50,306 bases of DNA, from positions 1-50,306 of IMG/VR virus record IMGVR_UViG_3300005611_000045; one strand, given 5' to 3'. This document shows, in pieces, positions 49,123 through 50,306 of this stretch; position 1 is the stretch's first letter; every line of letters starts with the position of its first letter. This DNA comes from a virus. Lineage: Duplodnaviria > Caudoviricetes. Both the position numbers and the translations under genes were made by a program. The notes beneath the pieces were generated by a model. That model was not told the DNA's origin. It searched no databases and saw only the letters and a program-made list of their open reading frames with translations.

Positions 49123-49176
49123 GTTTAGCGGTCACTCTACACTTGATTCGGCACGGACGTCAACCATCCACTAAAC
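49123..49176 (-). promoter_or_regulatory. Promoter and inverted-repeat operator of the XRE gene
   Basis: TTGACG-18nt-TAGAGT on minus; GTTTAGCGG(49123) and CCACTAAAC(49168) inverted arms. Confidence 0.6.
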
Positions 49177-49349
49177 GGTGGTCGACATGCCATCAGGCAG
49201 CGATCTGAAGTTCTCGGATATCTTCGAGCAAGCGTCTGAAATCTGGCTCAGGCGCAACGCACATGGTTCGATACGTGTTCAGGAACGGCAGACGTTGCGC
49301 GCTGAAGCTGTTTGTATGTGAGTGTTCTGTGGTCAGCCATATTAATCTC

Positions 49350-49481
49350 CTATTTTTCTTTCGCGAGCCGCCGCGCGGCCTCATCGACTGCCCGATCAAA
49401 TGGCGTGCCACGGCTGCCCTGCAACCATTGCCGAAGCCGCTTGGCCAGCTCGTGGTCGCTCAAGGTGAATAAATCACTCAC
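49350..49481 (-). CDS. Small hypothetical protein (43 aa, MSDLFTLSDHELAKRLRQW...)
   Basis: Own translation; GGAG RBS, GTG start. Confidence 0.5.
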   Translation of the reverse strand: MSDLFTLSDHELAKRLRQWLQGSRGTPFDRAVDEAARRLAKEK

Positions 49482-49502
49482 ATCACTCTCCATCATTGCA
49501 AA

Positions 49503-49648
49503 GCATCTACTACGGCGGGCCGGTCGCTAATCCGGCTTACTGGTCAACTCATTCCCCCAACACCAGGGGCGAGGGCCGTACCCTCCATGATCCCAGTCGA
49601 TACGGTGTCTAGCGTGTCTGCGTTCCACGCCGCCGCCGTAGTAGAGGC
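49503..49648 (-). ncRNA. tRNA-like structured RNA with expanded central domain
   Basis: 13-bp closing stem, D-like and T-like 5-bp arms, internal three-way junction. Confidence 0.65.
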
Positions 49649-49687
49649 TCTATGGTCAATTATTGCGCTCAGTCGTCATGTGGCGGT

Positions 49688-49957
49688 CTATTGGTTCGAT
49701 GTTTCGGGGATTTCGACGGTTAGTTCGAAAGGCGGGTTCATCGTTAGGCGCAACCACGGTCCAAACTCCTGCATCAACTTCCAGCCTTGCCACGTTGACC
49801 ACCCGTCGGCATCCTCTTCTTTAGGTTTATAAGGCCCGATACTGTCTCGCGCTGCCTGGGGCAGCATTTCCATAAGTCGTTCGTAGTTGTGCCGATGGAT
49901 GCGGCGTCCTTCGTCGGTCAGTCGGACCCGGATAACCTCATTAAAATTATAGCGCAT
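49688..49957 (-). CDS. Hypothetical protein, last gene of the cassette array
   Basis: NFNEVIRVRLTDEGR...DADGWSTWQGWKLMQEFG; AGGCCAG-N4-ATG. Confidence 0.75.
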   Translation of the reverse strand: MRYNFNEVIRVRLTDEGRRIHRHNYERLMEMLPQAARDSIGPYKPKEEDADGWSTWQGWKLMQEFGPWLRLTMNPPFELTVEIPETSNQ

Positions 49958-49966
49958 CGTGCTGGC

Positions 49967-50176
49967 CTATTCTGCGCTCTTGGCGCGGTTGAGGGTTTCG
50001 TTGTGTCTGACCGTCAATCGCACATCGGCTGCATCAATTTCGCGCCGCAGCTTATGAAGCGAAATTGACGCCTGACTGATGAGCACGCTAGCGTCCTCGC
50101 CATCGGGATCATCGAGGCCGTCCTGCCATAGCCTAACGATCAACTCATCCCCCTCAATCACAAGAGCTATTCGCAT
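49967..50176 (-). CDS. Small hypothetical protein
   Basis: AGGCCAG-N4-ATG. Confidence 0.7.
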   Translation of the reverse strand: MRIALVIEGDELIVRLWQDGLDDPDGEDASVLISQASISLHKLRREIDAADVRLTVRHNETLNRAKSAE

Positions 50177-50185
50177 GGTCCTGGC

Positions 50186-50306
50186 CTATTCTGCTTGTTT
50201 GAGAGATGCCATCAATGCGGCGCATATCTCGTCTCGGGCCGCAGCCCCCGCACCCTCCCCAGCCCTCACAGCCCCCGCAGCCACCGCAGCCCTCGCAGCC
50301 CCACCC
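50186..50306 (-). CDS. C-terminus of the Ala-repeat protein that starts at 526
   Basis: ...AARAAVAAGAVRAGEGAGAAARDEICAALMASLKQAE*. Confidence 0.7.
   Translation of the reverse strand, partial: GGAARAAVAAGAVRAGEGAGAAARDEICAALMASLKQAE

Noticed and set aside
49503-49648. Canonical tRNA gene
   Set aside because: Lacks TTC loop, anticodon stem-loop and CCA; kept only as a tRNA-like RNA.

Overview
The window looks like an essentially complete, circularly permuted ~50.2 kb phage genome: bases 1-113 are an ungapped, error-rich copy of 50194-50306. The likely host is an alphaproteobacterium, probably Hyphomicrobiaceae, judged from the porin and GcrA-like genes. A lambdoid-type early region (Bet/RecT, Gp157, HNH, Cro-like, O-like initiator with iterons, SNF2 helicase, two DNA methylases, NusG-like antiterminator) is joined to T7/BPP-1-like podovirus morphogenesis genes (terminase, portal, scaffold, capsid, tail tube A/B, three ejection proteins, tail fibre) and a lysis cassette. 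I see no integrase, cI, DNA polymerase or RNA polymerase. Most interesting: (1) eight consecutive small early genes joined by a conserved AGGCCAG-N3-5-ATG junction, with scars of cassette shuffling; (2) a captured, internally deleted host defence-island piece (intact XRE repressor, protease-less ImmA/IrrE::HsdR-C chimera, HsdM-N fragment) that may act as anti-restriction decoys; (3) a tRNA-shaped ncRNA with an expanded anticodon-arm region; (4) a full porin followed by a relic second porin 3' end; (5) a dual-frame M.EcoHK31I-like C5 methylase with a 1-nt deletion; (6) an ADP-ribosyltransferase-like domain in the 2372-aa ejection protein; (7) a tandem-duplicated tail adaptor. All family assignments come from motif recognition by eye, not database searches.
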